The position numbers and the translations under genes were made by a program. A DNA stretch of 64,000 nucleotides. Origin: the human T2T-CHM13v2.0 reference genome, Homo sapiens. The notes beneath the pieces were generated by a model that was not told the origin of the DNA, made no database searches, and was given only the letters and a program-made list of their open reading frames with translations. The DNA is taken from NCBI RefSeq assembly GCF_009914755.1, contig NC_060937.1; one strand, written 5' to 3'. Numbering within the stretch: position 1 is the stretch's first letter; every line of letters begins with the position of its first letter. This document shows positions 61,170 to 64,000 of the stretch, piece after piece.

Positions 61170-61995
61170 CTAATACACACACATATGCATATATATTAAA
61201 AGGGAGTATATATAATAAAAAAAGCATATATATACACATACATATATATAACACATACACACACACCCATACATATGTGTGTACATAAATGTTTTTAGAC
61301 ATATAAATACACATATACACATATATAGACATATATATACATACATATACATATATATACACATATCTATGTCTAAACCTGTAGAAAAAACATATATATG
61401 GGTGTTTTATATACACCATATATATATATATGTTTTTTCTACTGGTTTGCTTTATCTGGAGATCCCTGACTGATATAATAATTTAGCTTGCTATGTAAAT
61501 CATATACAAAAATACATATGTGTGGATATATACATATACATATGTGTGGATATGCAAAATATCTTATGTGGGTCAGCATAAGAATCTCTCTCTATATATA
61601 TAAAATACACATGTGTATTTATATAAACACATATGTATAGGTGTGTGTATATGTCATATATGTATGTGTGTGTGTGTGTGTGTGTATACTTACATATATA
61701 TAGAGAGAGTGACTGATTTTGTTTATCTAGTGAAGGGTGGCAAGTTCAAAATCTGTAGATCACTCCAGCAGTCTGGACGCTCTAAGTCAGCTGATATTGC
61801 AGAAATTCTTATTTCTCAGGGAGCCTAAATTTTGTTTTCTAGACCTTTAACTAATTGGATGAGACCCACACACATTATGCAGACAATCCCCTTTATTTAA
61901 GTCAATTGATTGTGGAAGTTAATCATATCTACAAAATACCTCAATGCAAGACCAAATGAGTGTTTGAATGAATAAATGGGCACTATAACTTACCA
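61170..61995. mobile_element. MLT2-type ERVL LTR pieces in opposite orientations with long TA/CA low-complexity tracts
   Basis: + strand terminus 'tctggagatccctgactgata' (~61455-61476); - strand body 'ggcaagttcaaaatctgtag...tggatgagacccacacacattat' (61700-61995). Confidence 0.6.
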
Positions 61996-63344
61996 TCTTC
62001 ATAGATTCAAGTAATGACCACACCCATTTTTCTTTATATGGAGGAATACATTTATTTATTTAAAACTATGTGCTCTCGTCTACCGTTATATTTCCATCAC
62101 ACCTTTGCTACACACTAAAAAGAAAACAAACTGGTGAAATACTTTTACAAATTAGTATCAGTTTTCCTTTTCTACTTCATATTCTTCTTTTATAATTTTC
62201 TAATGTGATTTTTTCTCTTCCTTAAGAGCAATAGCTTGCAAATCAAAGCTTGCAATCAAAGCTTCTGTTAAAAGAACTAAGCCACAGCAATTCTTTTGTA
62301 ATTCTAAGGAAAAAAAAATGACAAGGATTTTGACAGTTTTACAAAAAGGCACATTACACCTTGTTCAGGCATCCTAATTTTTTCTTCTTAGATTAAACAT
62401 AATTGGGACATTATTGCTTTAAACCATGCTTTTCTTGTCATATAACATTTAGGACTAGCCTGCTGTCTTTGTTCAGCAAGCTTTAAACATACAAAGATAA
62501 GATGTGATCTGCTCCATAATGACTAATTTTAACAATGAACTGTAGGAGGGTTAAATATAGGCATCAGCATGCCATTATATATAATCAGTAACAGTGGGTA
62601 CAGTAAGAACATGGAAAATAGCTGGAGGATAGGTTTATTATAAGCATCGTGGCTTGAACAAAGTGGAAAGAATGTAATGTTTTGACTGATGGAGTCTCTC
62701 TATAAAGTGCCTATGGAGATAAAAAAGCTCAATTAGCTTCAATCTTGTCTACATCTTTAGTAGACATGCACACGGCTTTAGGGTTTGCCACAATAGAAAA
62801 CAAAAGAAGAAACAACCTTCTAAATGTTATGAATAAAGTTGTTTTTTTGTAAGACAAATAAGTATGCTATTCATGTCAGAACATGATGTCTTTGAAGCAG
62901 CAATATTTGATAATATTCACAACCAAGTGAGGGTCATTCCCAGATTATGTTCATTTAAGTTTGAATTGTCTTTTCATTTGACATATAAGAATTGGATTCT
63001 CTTTAAATCTTTTTTGCAAAAATAATTGGCCGGCAATTCTAAAAGTTTTAAGCATTTCTAGTAATTTTGCTAATGCTTTCTTCCCTTAAAAAAATAATAA
63101 AACTAAGATAACTTTCAAAGAAACATATATTTTTGAAGAAAACCGAAATGAACAAACAAAAAACAGCAACATTCTGTATTTTTGTCACCTTAGCACCACT
63201 AGGCCTGCAGATAGTTCTGATGCTTAACACACGTTCTTTCTTCTGCATATCCTTGTGAAAGTCAATGATAGAGAAAGCTGCCTGATCTCTAATTCAACCC
63301 CCATGTCTATTGAATGATAGTCTTCCCTTTGAGTTGGTTTTGTA

Positions 63345-63520
63345 ACTAACATTATGCTTTTAGAAATTCAGACTGTCTGACTTGGTACCCTCGCTTCAAC
63401 ATTTCCTAGCCAGGTGACCTTAGGAAGATTATTTAAGCACACTCTGCCTTAGTGTCATAATTTATAGAATAGAGAAATTTATAAACTCTAGCCACATAGA
63501 GTTTTTTGGAGTATTATTTT
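63345..63520 (+). mobile_element. MIR fragment
   Basis: 'gtgaccttaggaagattatttaagcacactctgccttagt'. Confidence 0.6.
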
Positions 63521-63769
63521 CTTCTTACCTTGAATTTATTCCACTTTAAGTTCCTTTAAGGTATTAAATATTTTGCTCTTTTAAGCAGTCCTAAATCCTT
63601 AGGAAAGTAGGTGCATCATAAATCATGGATGGCCTATTTCAGACTAGCTCTCTCCAAATCTGTGGATTAAGGCTATTCTTAGTTAGAGTCCTATCAGATG
63701 TTTTTTTCTGCTTTCTTGAAGTAGCTTCTTCTTCACTATTTTATGTCAATATTGTTAAACAATAGCTGA

Positions 63770-64000
63770 TACATTCTAACAGTTATTATGTGATGGGCAT
63801 CATTCTAAGAACTTTTTCCCATCTTATAATAAACATATGAGTAAATACCTTTTTATCAGTTTTTTAAAGATGAAGCAACTAATGCTTATATGCTAATACC
63901 ACTTGCCTAAAGACACATGGTTAATAAATTGAAGAAAGAAAATGTTATTCAAGCCAATCAGGCTCTGCAACTTCCTGTCTTTAAAAGATTCTGTAGCAAA
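63770..64000 (-). mobile_element. MIR fragment
   Basis: 'tttttaaagatgaagcaact...acttgcctaaagacacatggttaataa'. Confidence 0.6.

Overview
AT-rich, CpG-poor primate genomic DNA, most likely human or great ape given the AluY and L1PA2-type elements. I can support no cellular protein-coding gene or RNA gene; every long ORF is transposon-derived. The window is mostly a layered record of mobile elements: MIR/L2, ERVL and MaLR remnants, two Tigger1 copies, MADE1, MER52, LTR13A, old L1M, and many Alus and microsatellites. The most informative structure is at 45144-55170. An older L1PA5/6-type element with a twin-priming 5' inversion was inserted into the 5' flank of an Alu. A near-full-length L1PA2-type element then inserted into that L1. 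It carries a ~390-bp 3' transduction with its own AATAAA and poly(A), a possible short earlier-generation transduction, and a 5' leader that matches the start of the transduced flank, which may record the source element's TSD. Other points of interest are a locally templated copy of part of a MER52 LTR, an inversion junction carrying a perfect 22-bp palindrome, and repeated reuse of identical target sites. I found no evidence of a novel gene system. Subfamily names come from remembered consensus diagnostics and need RepeatMasker/Dfam confirmation.
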